Shown here in pieces: positions 7,715-16,051 of a stretch of 16,051 nt of DNA. Source of the stretch: a virus (Duplodnaviria; Heunggongvirae; Uroviricota; Caudoviricetes); the IMG/VR virus record IMGVR_UViG_2541047805_000003, positions 1 through 16,051 of that record. One strand, given 5' to 3'. The notes under the pieces are model-generated. The model did no database searches. It was given only the letters and a program-made list of their open reading frames with translations, and was not told the origin of the DNA. The stretch's first letter is position 1. Each line of letters opens with the position of its first letter. The translations under genes were made by a program, and so were the position numbers.

Positions 7715-7903
7715 TCAGCTGATGACATCCATTGAGCGGTTGTATTCATGGGTTCTGATTTTTGCCATGAGTTCATCTGTCAGTTCAGAAACCCACTGCA
7801 GGGCCAGCCCCTTCTCTTCATCACTACACTCACTAGCCGCTACAAGCTTAAGAAAAAAATCAATGCGCTGGAGCTTCAAAGACTCCAAAAAATAGTCCTG
7901 CAT
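7715..7903 (-). CDS. Hypothetical 62-aa protein, first gene of the LexA-boxed operon
   Basis: ATG at 7903 with AGGAGG 4 nt upstream; ends 11 nt before the DinI-like start. No recognisable motif. Confidence 0.5.
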   Translation of the reverse strand: MQDYFLESLKLQRIDFFLKLVAASECSDEEKGLALQWVSELTDELMAKIRTHEYNRSMDVIS

Positions 7904-7945
7904 CTTTCCTCCTATGACACCAAAGCAATACTGTATACATAACCA

Positions 7946-7961
7946 CTGTTTATATTTACAG
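7946..7961 (-). promoter_or_regulatory. LexA (SOS) box CTGT-N8-ACAG, with an adjacent imperfect box at 7931-7946
   Basis: ctgtttatatttacag fits CTGT-N8-ACAG with an AT-rich centre. The neighbouring tactgtatacataaccac has a perfect left half only. Located 43-58 bp upstream of the 62-aa ORF start, in the A to DinI intergenic region. Confidence 0.65.
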
Positions 7962-8055
7962 TATATAATAATCTTACTGATGTAAAACGTTTTTTTACGT
8001 TCATCAGCCTGGTATGCCTGGTATTATTAAGAGCACGAATTGTTAACCCGCGTAA

Positions 8056-10428
8056 TTAATACAGATCCCGCCACTTATCATCTTCCTGCAAACGCTGGTT
8101 CCGATAGAAGATACGCAGGCCTGCTCCTGACGGAATACTGCCACCGCGAAGGAGTAAATCGACCTCTTTCTCGCTGCCATCAAATCCTCTGGACTTCAGT
8201 TCATAGACGAGCTGCTGTCGCTGATGATCTGTAATTCGCTGTTTGTAGTCTCTACGCCGTTTCGGTTTCACCAGGCGTAACCTTGCAGCCAGTTCCCGGC
8301 GCTCTTTTTTGTTCATACTGTGCAGGTAATCGTGCAATTCCTTGTCATCCATGCGGGTGATATCCGTTCTGGTATCCCCATCAGCTGATTTGTCTTTCCC
8401 TTGTTGGTACAAATTTTCAGCAAGGGGACAGTTATTGCCACGAGTCCAAGGGGCGCAAGCGCCCTGGTCGGCTGCCGCCTCCTGAACATCAACGGCCTTA
8501 CGAACCATTTTCCACTTCACGGCATGAGTGCAGATCTTGCCCTCTGCAATAGGTGACCAGATGCCATAAATACGAATGCCGTGATCGCCATAGGCGGTCG
8601 GCTCTTCGTTGATTTCATAAGCGGTTCTGATGAGGTGATATTTGCGGGGAACCAGTACGCCGCCCTGCTTCATGATGTAGGTGGCAAAACAACCAGCATC
8701 AGCAGCAGCCAGGATGGCATCAAGGCGCGGGTTATCCAGTACCGGCGCACCTGCTTTTTTGTCCCCCTGTTGCCTTGCCGCCTGACCAGCCAGCAATCGC
8801 AGTTCACGGTAAGCCTGACGCCCCGGAATGCCAAAGAAGCGGAATTGCTGAACACGATGCAGAGACGCCCAGGCATTAACGTATTCAGCATTATCACGCA
8901 GGGATTTCCCCGTTTCCTTGCTGATCTCGCCAGCCAGACCACGCCCGTCAATGTTCTTACTGATGTATTTCGCGATGTAGCTTGTTGGCGTACCTTTGCG
9001 CGGGTTAATCAACTCAGACTTAAAGCGCGGCCCAGTGTTATTGCCCAGTTCCTCGCGGTCTTCACGGATGGCAAACTTACGCAGTAATGCAGTGATGGCG
9101 CGGCGGTCTTTTTTGCGCATAAAACACAACAGGTGCCAGTGAACTGTACCGTCATGATGCGGCTCAGCCACCCGCACGCCATACCACCGCAATCCGGCTT
9201 TGTGCATCGCCTTACGAAATGCAGCAAACATGCCGACCAGATAATCACTGCTTTGTCTTACCGTCGCATTTGTCCAAGTTGGGTTGGGCCTGCCATTATT
9301 TAGCGTGGAATGGAAACGTGACGGACAGGTGATGGTGTAGAAAACGGCGCAGTCACCGCGCATTTCCGCGATAAGCTCCAGGCCTTTAACACAGGCCATC
9401 ATCTCATTGCGGCGATGCGCAGGGTTGCTGCTGCTGGCGTTTACCACATCCTCCATGTCCAGCGTGTCGCCGTCTTCGTTCACCAGTTCATGAGAACGAA
9501 AAAACTCCAGCGACTTACGGCGCTGCTCACGTTTATGCATCACGGCTTCATAGCTGACATAGGGAGATGCTTTTTTGCTGACCAGGCAGACAGCACGCAA
9601 CTGCTCTTCCCGCCATTCGCAACGCATCTTCCATAATTTCCGGTACCACCAGTCAGCGCACAACATACGCGCCAGCGAACCCGGAATGAGTTCATAGGGC
9701 ACGGGTTTACGGCGGTTTCTTTTCCGGCGGAGTTGCTCAAACGCAGGCGGGATGACATCCAGACGCAGGGTTTCCGCTGCCACCTTTTCCCATGTCTTGC
9801 GGATTTCTTCTGGCTTAACGTCATCGGTGACATACAAATCGCCACAAGCTGCATCAAGGCACATGCTCATATGCGCAGCTACCAGGGTGGACAGGCGTTT
9901 CACCTGATCCTGACTCATTTCAGGCAGGATCAGCAGGCCGTCCAGCCCTTCATGGCTTGCCATAAAGCGAAAAGAAGTGGATAGCTGACAGTCGCGTACA
10001 TGCTCCAGCCGTTCCAGACATGGCTTAATCGTCTCACGCAAATAGCGGGAATAAGCCTTTGGCCTGCCCAGGCTGCTGAAGTATTCAATACGTTGCATCA
10101 GCGGCTTGCTGATATGGGAAGGCTGGGCATTGACGTCCGCCAGAATGACCATATCTGGATTAAAACGCTGCTGCTCATGCGCCAGCTTTGCCCGACTAAT
10201 GAGCTTATCCTGCTCCATTTCGCGCTGGACAGGATCACGGGATTCATTAAAGAAATAACGCTCCCAGACCTGATCACTCAGTGCCTCGCGGCGCAGCTGT
10301 TCCTGCTCGTTATCGGCAGCGTACAGAGCGATCAGATTTGAAAGCGCAGAAACTGAAGATTGCTCTTCTGTCTCTACGTAAGGATTGATTGCTTTTTTCT
10401 CAGCATTCCAGGAATAGCTGTAGTTCAT
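8056..10428 (-). CDS. Replication initiation protein (P2/186 gpA family rolling-circle endonuclease)
   Basis: About 790 aa with the HUH-type motif [15 protein letters not shown] and the active-site tyrosine motif [14 protein letters not shown]. Start taken as the ATG at 10428 (GGAG SD; TAATG overlap with the upstream stop) rather than the TTG at 10479 listed in the ORF track. Confidence 0.88.
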   Translation of the reverse strand: MNYSYSWNAEKKAINPYVETEEQSSVSALSNLIALYAADNEQEQLRREALSDQVWERYFFNESRDPVQREMEQDKLISRAKLAHEQQRFNPDMVILADVNAQPSHISKPLMQRIEYFSSLGRPKAYSRYLRETIKPCLERLEHVRDCQLSTSFRFMASHEGLDGLLILPEMSQDQVKRLSTLVAAHMSMCLDAACGDLYVTDDVKPEEIRKTWEKVAAETLRLDVIPPAFEQLRRKRNRRKPVPYELIPGSLARMLCADWWYRKLWKMRCEWREEQLRAVCLVSKKASPYVSYEAVMHKREQRRKSLEFFRSHELVNEDGDTLDMEDVVNASSSNPAHRRNEMMACVKGLELIAEMRGDCAVFYTITCPSRFHSTLNNGRPNPTWTNATVRQSSDYLVGMFAAFRKAMHKAGLRWYGVRVAEPHHDGTVHWHLLCFMRKKDRRAITALLRKFAIREDREELGNNTGPRFKSELINPRKGTPTSYIAKYISKNIDGRGLAGEISKETGKSLRDNAEYVNAWASLHRVQQFRFFGIPGRQAYRELRLLAGQAARQQGDKKAGAPVLDNPRLDAILAAADAGCFATYIMKQGGVLVPRKYHLIRTAYEINEEPTAYGDHGIRIYGIWSPIAEGKICTHAVKWKMVRKAVDVQEAAADQGACAPWTRGNNCPLAENLYQQGKDKSADGDTRTDITRMDDKELHDYLHSMNKKERRELAARLRLVKPKRRRDYKQRITDHQRQQLVYELKSRGFDGSEKEVDLLLRGGSIPSGAGLRIFYRNQRLQEDDKWRDLY

Positions 10429-11258
10429 TACGCAATCTCCAGTTCGAGCTGTGAAGGCTGCAAACCATTCGACAGCCAATCAGAAACTGAAGGTGGGCGA
10501 ACAGCTTCAATTGCACCTTTTAAAATTGCGCAACGGTTTTTCAGAATGACAGCTTTCAGCTCCTTTTCCGTCAGATTGCGCGAATACTCAGCCTCCTGAA
10601 TAGCCCGCGTCAGCTCAGGATATTTGCTATTAAATTTGGGGACATTGCAGGCAAGATTTGTACTGTCGGCAGTCGCCAGTGGGTAATTTCCCAACACACG
10701 ACCGTCAAGCATGCGCAAACCATGAACAGCTGTTTTGAAATTGTGTCGGCAATAAATTGCTTCAAAAGCGTCCTGCATACGACGATGCCAGTGCGCAGTT
10801 CTGATAGCCGCATATTCACCAGACGATCCAAAGCAGACACGAGGCCATTCACGACATAGCTCGATAAGCCGATCGATTGACTCGTGCAGATGCCAGACGG
10901 GAGTTGCCTTCCCGTAGAACATTTTCGGAACTTCGTTTATCAGGGCATCATTGTCACGTTCACCTCCGTCCACAACATCAGGAATGACAAAAAAAGCGAC
11001 CTTAGGATGGTGGTAATAGTTCAGGAGCCATTTATAAAAATCACTCCAGTTAATTTTTAGCCCACGCACCCATGCAGAAAATGCGCCGTTATCAATGCCG
11101 ACGACCTGAGCGTGCTGAATGGACGCCGCAATCTGATCTGGTCGTACATAGGAGACGAAAGCGCCAGCTCCGCTCACCGCAATACGATGAACGTCGCCAG
11201 CACTTCCCCAGACAGGCGTCCCATGGAAATGATGAATTCCGTGGTGCATTTCTTTCAC
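10428..11258 (-). CDS. Hypothetical 276-aa protein, translationally coupled between Dam and gene A; function unknown
   Basis: GTG start at 11258 overlapping the Dam stop (GTGA), or ATG at 11249. His/Trp-rich N-terminus ([10 protein letters not shown]). No confident motif match. Confidence 0.65.
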   Translation of the reverse strand: MKEMHHGIHHFHGTPVWGSAGDVHRIAVSGAGAFVSYVRPDQIAASIQHAQVVGIDNGAFSAWVRGLKINWSDFYKWLLNYYHHPKVAFFVIPDVVDGGERDNDALINEVPKMFYGKATPVWHLHESIDRLIELCREWPRVCFGSSGEYAAIRTAHWHRRMQDAFEAIYCRHNFKTAVHGLRMLDGRVLGNYPLATADSTNLACNVPKFNSKYPELTRAIQEAEYSRNLTEKELKAVILKNRCAILKGAIEAVRPPSVSDWLSNGLQPSQLELEIA

Positions 11259-12109
11259 ACTTGCACCCCGAAAATAACAGTAGAGTCACGTCCCCTACTA
11301 AAATCGGCACTAAACCAATTAGCAGATTTAGTGGCAATCATCTCTGTTGCAAATTTTCCCTCCCCCGCTGCAACGCCGATGCTGCGTTTCGCCCTGATGT
11401 AGTGGTGAGTGAAATTACGATAAAGGGACCGGGTCAAAGACGTGTTACTGTTAGAAACAATGACCGGATGTCCTTCTGATGACCGATGTTCAAGAATGGA
11501 TGCCAGGTGATACTGATCATCTTCAGTGAAACCATCAGTGTGATAGCCGGAAAACGTACCGTCATAAGGCGGATCGCAATACACCACATCCCCCACCTTC
11601 AACATCGCCAGCGTTTCATCAAAGCTGGCGCAGATAAACGTTGCCCGCTGGGCTTTCTCTGCAAATGCGCGAATTTCTTTTTCAGGGAAATACGGATTTT
11701 TATAATTACCGTAGGGAATGTTGAAATGCCCGCTCTTGTTATAGCGACATAAACCACGGTAACCGTGACGATTGAGATACAGGAAATATACCGCTTTCAT
11801 GAAATCAGTAATTTCAGTGGAGTAATTAAACTCCTGCCTTATGTTGTAATAAGCCACCTCTCTGTTTGCTTCCTCAAATAAAGCTCTGGCACGAGATATA
11901 AACGCCTCACAATCAGCAGCAACCTTTTTATAGAGGTTGATTAAATCAGGATTAATATCCGCAACAAGATAGCTGGGGTAATCCGTCTCCATCATCACTG
12001 CACAGGAACCCGCGAAAGGTTCAACCAGTCGCGGGCCAGCAGGAAGATGCTTTTTCAGTTCGGACATTATGGCGGTTTTATTTCCTGCCCATTTCAGGAT
12101 GGTGCTCAT
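11255..12109 (-). CDS. dam: DNA adenine methyltransferase (Dam family, GATC-type N6-adenine MTase)
   Basis: 284 aa from the ATG at 12109 (ATGA overlap with the upstream stop). LKWAGNK, the DPPY catalytic motif and [16 protein letters not shown] are near-collinear with E. coli Dam. Confidence 0.9.
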   Translation of the reverse strand: MSTILKWAGNKTAIMSELKKHLPAGPRLVEPFAGSCAVMMETDYPSYLVADINPDLINLYKKVAADCEAFISRARALFEEANREVAYYNIRQEFNYSTEITDFMKAVYFLYLNRHGYRGLCRYNKSGHFNIPYGNYKNPYFPEKEIRAFAEKAQRATFICASFDETLAMLKVGDVVYCDPPYDGTFSGYHTDGFTEDDQYHLASILEHRSSEGHPVIVSNSNTSLTRSLYRNFTHHYIRAKRSIGVAAGEGKFATEMIATKSANWFSADFSRGRDSTVIFGVQV

Positions 12110-12333
12110 ACAGCACCTCCGTTGTAATGTTTGCCTTTCAGCTCTGCGATTTCCTGACAGGTAATGCAAAGCTGCACACCCGGAATGGCACGGCGGCGTG
12201 CTGGCGGAATTGGCGCTTCACACTCAACGCAAAGCACGCGGGACACGCCCGGCGTTTTGGCACGGGCAGCACGGATATGGCGTTGGCGTTCTTCTTCAAC
12301 GCGCTGCTGTACGAGATCCATTGCATCAGCCAT
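12106..12333 (-). CDS. TraR/DksA-family C4 zinc-finger protein (P2 Orf82-like)
   Basis: 75 aa with CVECEAPIPPARRRAIPGVQLCITCQ, i.e. CxxC-x17-CxxC, closely resembling F-plasmid TraR. Confidence 0.8.
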   Translation of the reverse strand: MADAMDLVQQRVEEERQRHIRAARAKTPGVSRVLCVECEAPIPPARRRAIPGVQLCITCQEIAELKGKHYNGGAV

Positions 12334-12566
12334 CAGTGGATCTCCTGCGCTTCGTTCTGGATTGCTTCAGCAGTCACACGCAACAGTTCTGCCGCTTCGA
12401 CGTGGTTTAGCTGGCGGGAGGTGATATGACACGCCAGGCTATCGAGGCGAGCAGCCATTGCTTCAGCCCTTGCCCGGCGTTCTTCCAGACGAGCCTCTGT
12501 CAGTAAAAGATTAAGACCTGCATCATCCGGTCCGGTTTTGGTCGTGAGGGTTTCAATATTACGCAT
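12333..12566 (-). CDS. Hypothetical small protein (77 aa) in the early operon
   Basis: ATG at 12566 with AGGAG about 8 nt upstream; stop overlaps the TraR-like start. The ORF track lists a TTG start at 12572. Confidence 0.55.
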   Translation of the reverse strand: MRNIETLTTKTGPDDAGLNLLLTEARLEERRARAEAMAARLDSLACHITSRQLNHVEAAELLRVTAEAIQNEAQEIH

Positions 12567-12633
12567 AAGCAATTCTCCTGAATTTAGATAAAGGGATGCC
12601 CGGCGGGTTTACGCCATTAATTTCATTAGTTGG

Positions 12634-12975
12634 TTAATTCGGCATGGTTAGCCGTCTGGGAAATAAGCTCACCACTGCACGAAAATGATTCATTGCTTTA
12701 ATCAACTCCCGCTTTTCGTCAGTGGTCAGCTCATTAATGCTGATGCTATGACGTTCAGCTGGAATTTTTGCCATAAAGAATATGGCAGCCAGTGCCCGTT
12801 TATTTTGTTCATTATTGATATCCCGAGGATCACGCATATCTTTAATAAACCGCTCAAGCTCTGACTCAATATTCAAACCAAAAACTTTCGCCCTTAACTC
12901 CGCAATATGATTAAGTCCATTCAGGCGTTCACCGGGTCTTAATGGAACAGTCGCCGCAGCGCCTTCAATAGCCAT
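12634..12975 (-). CDS. Hypothetical early protein (113 aa)
   Basis: ATG with GGGGGA SD; sits between the cII-like gene and the TraR-like gene as in P2/186 early operons. Confidence 0.6.
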   Translation of the reverse strand: MAIEGAAATVPLRPGERLNGLNHIAELRAKVFGLNIESELERFIKDMRDPRDINNEQNKRALAAIFFMAKIPAERHSISINELTTDEKRELIKAMNHFRAVVSLFPRRLTMPN

Positions 12976-13139
12976 TTGTTCCCCCGTTTTTTCGTAGATA
13001 GTTCTGCCAGCAATTCATCTTGTGAACGGCACGGATGCCAGCGTTTACCATCCTCACCCATGATCCAGCCGTGACCGTAGTGCATTGCCGGACTTTGTTT
13101 TACCAGCAGCGATGCAAATGATGGTTCTTTCGTCAGCAT
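12939..13139 (-). CDS. Hypothetical small early protein (66 aa)
   Basis: ATG at 13139 with GAGGTG SD, immediately after the CII-like stop. Overlaps the next gene's start by 37 nt in another frame. Confidence 0.45.
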   Translation of the reverse strand: MLTKEPSFASLLVKQSPAMHYGHGWIMGEDGKRWHPCRSQDELLAELSTKKRGNKWLLKALRRLFH

Positions 13140-13146
13140 AAGCACC

Positions 13147-13656
13147 TCACAGCAAACCGAATGAAGCACCGAGGCCAGTCACGGTATCAACTGCACTCGC
13201 CATCGCAGGATTAGCCTGTAAACGGGCCTGCAATGAAACAGCAGCCAGCGCCATCAGTCGTGTAACAGAGTTAATGCTGCTGATCGCATCACGACGGCCT
13301 GCACTGGTTTTTACATCGCCAGAAACCGCACCTGCCGCGACACGCCCTATCTCTGCAGTTGCACTCATGACGTAATGCGGCAGTTTCTCTTTTGCCACCT
13401 CATTAATCGGTACACATGGCAGGCAGTGAATCTGTGCCAGAAAGCCATCTACCAGCGTTGAATCTTCAGTCAGATCGGTAAGCAACCAGATTTCTGGTGC
13501 GGTTAATAAATGAGGTTGAGCTGGGTTCAGCTTGTTCCGCAGAATCTGCACATTCATGCCTGCACGTTCTGCCAGTTGCACTAGGTTGTGGCGCAATGCG
13601 AATGCACGACAGGCTTCATCAAAATGTGGATGTTTGGAAACTTGGTAATCAAACAT
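13147..13656 (-). CDS. CII-like transcriptional activator (phage 186 CII / CP76 family)
   Basis: 169 aa from the ATG at 13656 (the track lists TTG at 13662), the same length as 186 CII. N-terminal [24 protein letters not shown] and [31 protein letters not shown] resemble 186 CII as remembered. Second gene of the lytic operon after the apl-like gene. Confidence 0.75.
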   Translation of the reverse strand: MFDYQVSKHPHFDEACRAFALRHNLVQLAERAGMNVQILRNKLNPAQPHLLTAPEIWLLTDLTEDSTLVDGFLAQIHCLPCVPINEVAKEKLPHYVMSATAEIGRVAAGAVSGDVKTSAGRRDAISSINSVTRLMALAAVSLQARLQANPAMASAVDTVTGLGASFGLL

Positions 13657-13688
13657 GGTCAATGCCTCTGATGTATTTCAGAATCGAA

Positions 13689-13910
13689 CTAATTAAGGTT
13701 TAGATTGCATTCTGAAAGCGCATCAACGGTCATGGCTGCTATGTTGATCATCACTTTTTCACGTTTTTTATCTTTGCGCAGACGGTGACGGATAAGGCGT
13801 CCGTCAGCCAACATGTCATTGATGGTATCGATGGACAGCCCTGTCAGCTCGCTATAGCGTTCAATAGTCACATGAGGCGTGGTAAGAGTGATTGAAATGT
13901 TAGGTCTCAT
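13689..13910 (-). CDS. Apl/Cox-like excisionase and switch regulator
   Basis: 73-aa basic protein with an HTH-like segment ([24 protein letters not shown]). First gene of the operon divergent from the repressor, the position of 186 apl / P2 cox. Confidence 0.6.
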   Translation of the reverse strand: MRPNISITLTTPHVTIERYSELTGLSIDTINDMLADGRLIRHRLRKDKKREKVMINIAAMTVDALSECNLNLN

Positions 13911-14035
13911 GATGCAACATTCCTCGTTTAATGATGATTAATCAGGACGAATACGGATCGTTTGTATTTTGTGAACACCATAAACATACGATCGCACAGT
14001 GAAATCGTCAAGATAAAAGTTCACTTGGAGTGACC
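13911..14035. promoter_or_regulatory. Lysis-lysogeny switch region between divergent apl-like and cI-like genes
   Basis: 125-bp AT-rich intergenic region containing the inverted repeat gtgaac (13971-13976) / gttcac (14019-14024) and several gtgaa half-sites. By analogy with 186/P2, convergent promoters and operators are expected here. Confidence 0.45.
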
Positions 14036-14605
14036 ATGAATTTGGAGAAAGGCGGACGAGGCGCTATAGAGCGCATGGTAGAAGCTTATGGATTCAAAAC
14101 TCGACAGGCGTTGTGCGATCATTTAGGAATCTCTAAAAGTACACTCGCCACACGCTACATGCGTGACTCATTCCCAGCAGAATGGGTAATCCAGTGCGCC
14201 CTTGAAACGGGCACCTCGCTTAATTGGCTCACAACCGGACATGGTTCAAAGCAAACTTCAGGTAATACAAATACTATGGAAGTTGCTAAATATGTATTAT
14301 CTGATGGTGCCTTGCGTGAAGACGGTTTTTATATTTTTGATAAGGGATTTCTACCCTCTACGTTTAAAAAACCTTTTGTCATCACAGATAACAATTCTGA
14401 ATTTATTTGTGATAAAGAATTTGATGATATACGTGACGGTAAATGGGTAATAAGTATTGATGGCGAAATAACAATCCGCGACATTACTCGTTTACCCGGT
14501 GGAAGAATCTTCGTTGAAGGTGGAAACAGAGCCTTCGAGTGCAAGATAGAAGATGTTGAAATAATTGGGAAAATTATAAGTTTAACAATTAAGTACGTTA
14601 GGTAA
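14036..14605 (+). CDS. CI-type immunity repressor (186 CI-like)
   Basis: 189 aa from the ATG at 14036 (GGAG SD). N-terminal HTH (TRQALCDHLGISKSTLATRYMR); divergent from apl/cII; upstream of and co-oriented with int. Confidence 0.78.
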   Translation: MNLEKGGRGAIERMVEAYGFKTRQALCDHLGISKSTLATRYMRDSFPAEWVIQCALETGTSLNWLTTGHGSKQTSGNTNTMEVAKYVLSDGALREDGFYIFDKGFLPSTFKKPFVITDNNSEFICDKEFDDIRDGKWVISIDGEITIRDITRLPGGRIFVEGGNRAFECKIEDVEIIGKIISLTIKYVR

Positions 14606-14620
14606 TACCGGGAGGAAACT

Positions 14621-14812
14621 ATGCTTGGTAAGGTATTTTTTGTGGTTTTATCATGCTCTTTGTTATTAAACCCACTAACTACCTATGCTAAAAATTATCC
14701 TTGTTCTGGGAAAAAGGGAGGTGTCTCTCACTGTACCTCCGATGGAAAGTTCGTTTGCAATGATGGAACTATTAGTAAATCAAAAAAAATCTGTACTAAA
14801 AACTCGCGATAA
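14621..14812 (+). CDS. Small secreted cysteine-rich peptide (63 aa), candidate moron in the lysogenic operon
   Basis: Strong RBS GGAGG 5 nt upstream. N-terminal signal peptide ([23 protein letters not shown]) and a roughly 40-aa mature region with four Cys. Lies between cI and int on the same strand. Confidence 0.5.
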   Translation: MLGKVFFVVLSCSLLLNPLTTYAKNYPCSGKKGGVSHCTSDGKFVCNDGTISKSKKICTKNSR

Positions 14813-14998
14813 ATTTTGCTTTTATATCTGCGCCTAATATAACAATGAGCCGCAGGCTAACCGCAAAAGTCACATACTCACATAGCAAAAAATAGCCAAC
14901 TTCATTATGGCTTCAGTGAGATGTATGGTCGCAGGATTTCATACATTGACACTGGTTATATATACAGTAAAGATGCTCTCTATTGGAGGGCATTTTTT

Positions 14999-16051
14999 AT
15001 GGCAGTACGAAAACTCACCACAGGAAAATGGCTTTGCGAATGTTACCCCGCCGGACGTAGTGGGCGTCGTGTGCGTAAACAATTCGCCACCAAAGGCGAA
15101 GCTCTGGCTTTTGAGCGCCATACGATGGAAGAAACCGAAGCAAAGCCCTGGCTGGGAGAATCAGTGGATCGTCGAACACTGAAAGACGTGGTTGAGCTAT
15201 GGTTCAAACTACATGGTAAATCTCTAACCGCTGGGCAGCATGTCTATGATAAATTGCTGTTGATGGTTGACGCTCTGGGCAATCCCCTTGCAACCGATCT
15301 CACCTCTAAAATGTTTGCCCACTATCGAGATAAACGCCTGACAGGTGAGATCTACTTCAGCGAGAAATGGAAGAAAGGAGCAAGCCCGGTCACCATTAAC
15401 CTGGAGCAAAGCTATCTAAGTAGTGTTTTTAGCGAACTATCCCGCCTGGGCGAATGGTCGTATCCAAACCCACTGGAGAACATGCGAAAATTCACCATCG
15501 CAGAAAAAGAGATGGCATGGCTTACCCATGAGCAGATTGTTGAACTGCTGGCTGATTGCAAACGTCAGGACCCAATTCTGGCACTGGTAGTCAAGATATG
15601 CTTAAGCACAGGCGCACGCTGGCGAGAAGCAATAAACCTTACCCGATCACAGGTGACTAAATACCGAATTACCTTTGTAAGAACGAAGGGGAAGAAAAAC
15701 AGAAGCATCCCTATCAGTAAAGAGCTTTATGAAGAGATCATGGCGCTTGATGGGTTCAATTTCTTCACAGACTGCTATTTTCAATTTTTATCCGTGATGG
15801 AAAAAACGTCAATCGTGCTCCCTCGCGGTCAACTGACACACGTTCTGCGCCATACGTTTGCGGCGCATTTCATGATGTCGGGTGGAAATATCCTTGCTTT
15901 GCAAAAAATCCTCGGACATCACGATATAAAAATGACTATGCGTTACGCTCATCTGGCACCGGATCATCTGGAAACGGCGCTCCGTTTCAATCCTCTGGCA
16001 ACGCTGCCAAGTGGCGACAAAGTGGCGGCAGCGGTTGGCATTACCCCGTAA
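14999..16051 (+). CDS. int: Tyrosine integrase (P2/186 Int family)
   Basis: 350 aa from the ATG at 14999 (SD ggaggg; the track's upstream start at 14921 is rejected). N-terminus MAVRKLTTGKW...KQFATKGEALAFE is typical of P2-type Int; the C-terminal catalytic region has RHTFAAHF...MRYAHL. The gene ends at the window edge. Confidence 0.9.
   Translation: MAVRKLTTGKWLCECYPAGRSGRRVRKQFATKGEALAFERHTMEETEAKPWLGESVDRRTLKDVVELWFKLHGKSLTAGQHVYDKLLLMVDALGNPLATDLTSKMFAHYRDKRLTGEIYFSEKWKKGASPVTINLEQSYLSSVFSELSRLGEWSYPNPLENMRKFTIAEKEMAWLTHEQIVELLADCKRQDPILALVVKICLSTGARWREAINLTRSQVTKYRITFVRTKGKKNRSIPISKELYEEIMALDGFNFFTDCYFQFLSVMEKTSIVLPRGQLTHVLRHTFAAHFMMSGGNILALQKILGHHDIKMTMRYAHLAPDHLETALRFNPLATLPSGDKVAAAVGITP

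Noticed and set aside
7964-7969. Plus-strand tataat as a promoter
   Set aside because: It would transcribe antisense into the 3' end of gene A and has no convincing -35; more likely just part of the AT-rich LexA-box region serving the minus-strand operon.
8581-9087. 168-aa plus-strand ORF, with other ORFs of 73-113 aa on both strands between 8670 and 10341
   Set aside because: All lie inside the 2.4-kb replication gene A, on the opposite strand or out of frame; A is supported by HUH and YxxKY motifs.
10428-10479. TTG start at 10479 for gene A, giving 807 aa
   Set aside because: No SD, and it would overlap the upstream gene by 52 nt. The ATG at 10428 has a GGAG SD and a TAATG stop/start overlap. 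The longer form cannot be excluded without homologue alignment.
14921-14998. Upstream start for the integrase, giving 376 aa
   Set aside because: The ATG at 14999 is preceded by ggaggg and gives the typical P2-type Int N-terminus (MAVRKLTTGKW...).
1-16051. CRISPR array, tRNA/rRNA gene or IS element
   Set aside because: No regularly spaced direct repeats, no tRNA-like cloverleaf candidates and no transposase-like ORFs were seen. The attachment site and any tRNA target would lie beyond the right edge of the window.

Overview
This window reads as the early/regulatory end of a degraded 186/P2-family (Fels-2-like) prophage, in reverse orientation to the conventional P2 map. Left to right: a Gin/Pin/Cin-family DNA invertase; an N-terminal tail-sheath (FI) fragment joined directly to a C-terminal terminase large-subunit (P) fragment; an intact portal gene (Q); an AT-rich cargo island around a cos-like site; a LexA-boxed DinI/Tum-like SOS module; the rolling-circle replication initiator A; an early lytic operon (unknown 276-aa protein, Dam methylase, TraR/DksA-like zinc finger, small ORFs, CII-like, Apl/Cox-like); and, divergently, a CI-type repressor, a small secreted Cys-rich peptide and the tyrosine integrase, which ends at the window edge. 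The best candidate for an undescribed system is the cargo island (3378-7264). It holds a DUF262-domain protein with an unrecognised C-terminal half, and a tightly coupled two-gene operon encoding a 399-aa soluble protein of no recognisable family followed by a 4-helix membrane protein. It sits where P2 carries tin/old, a known anti-phage defence hotspot. All calls come from reading the supplied translations and the sequence by eye; no database search was run, and family assignments rest on remembered motifs.
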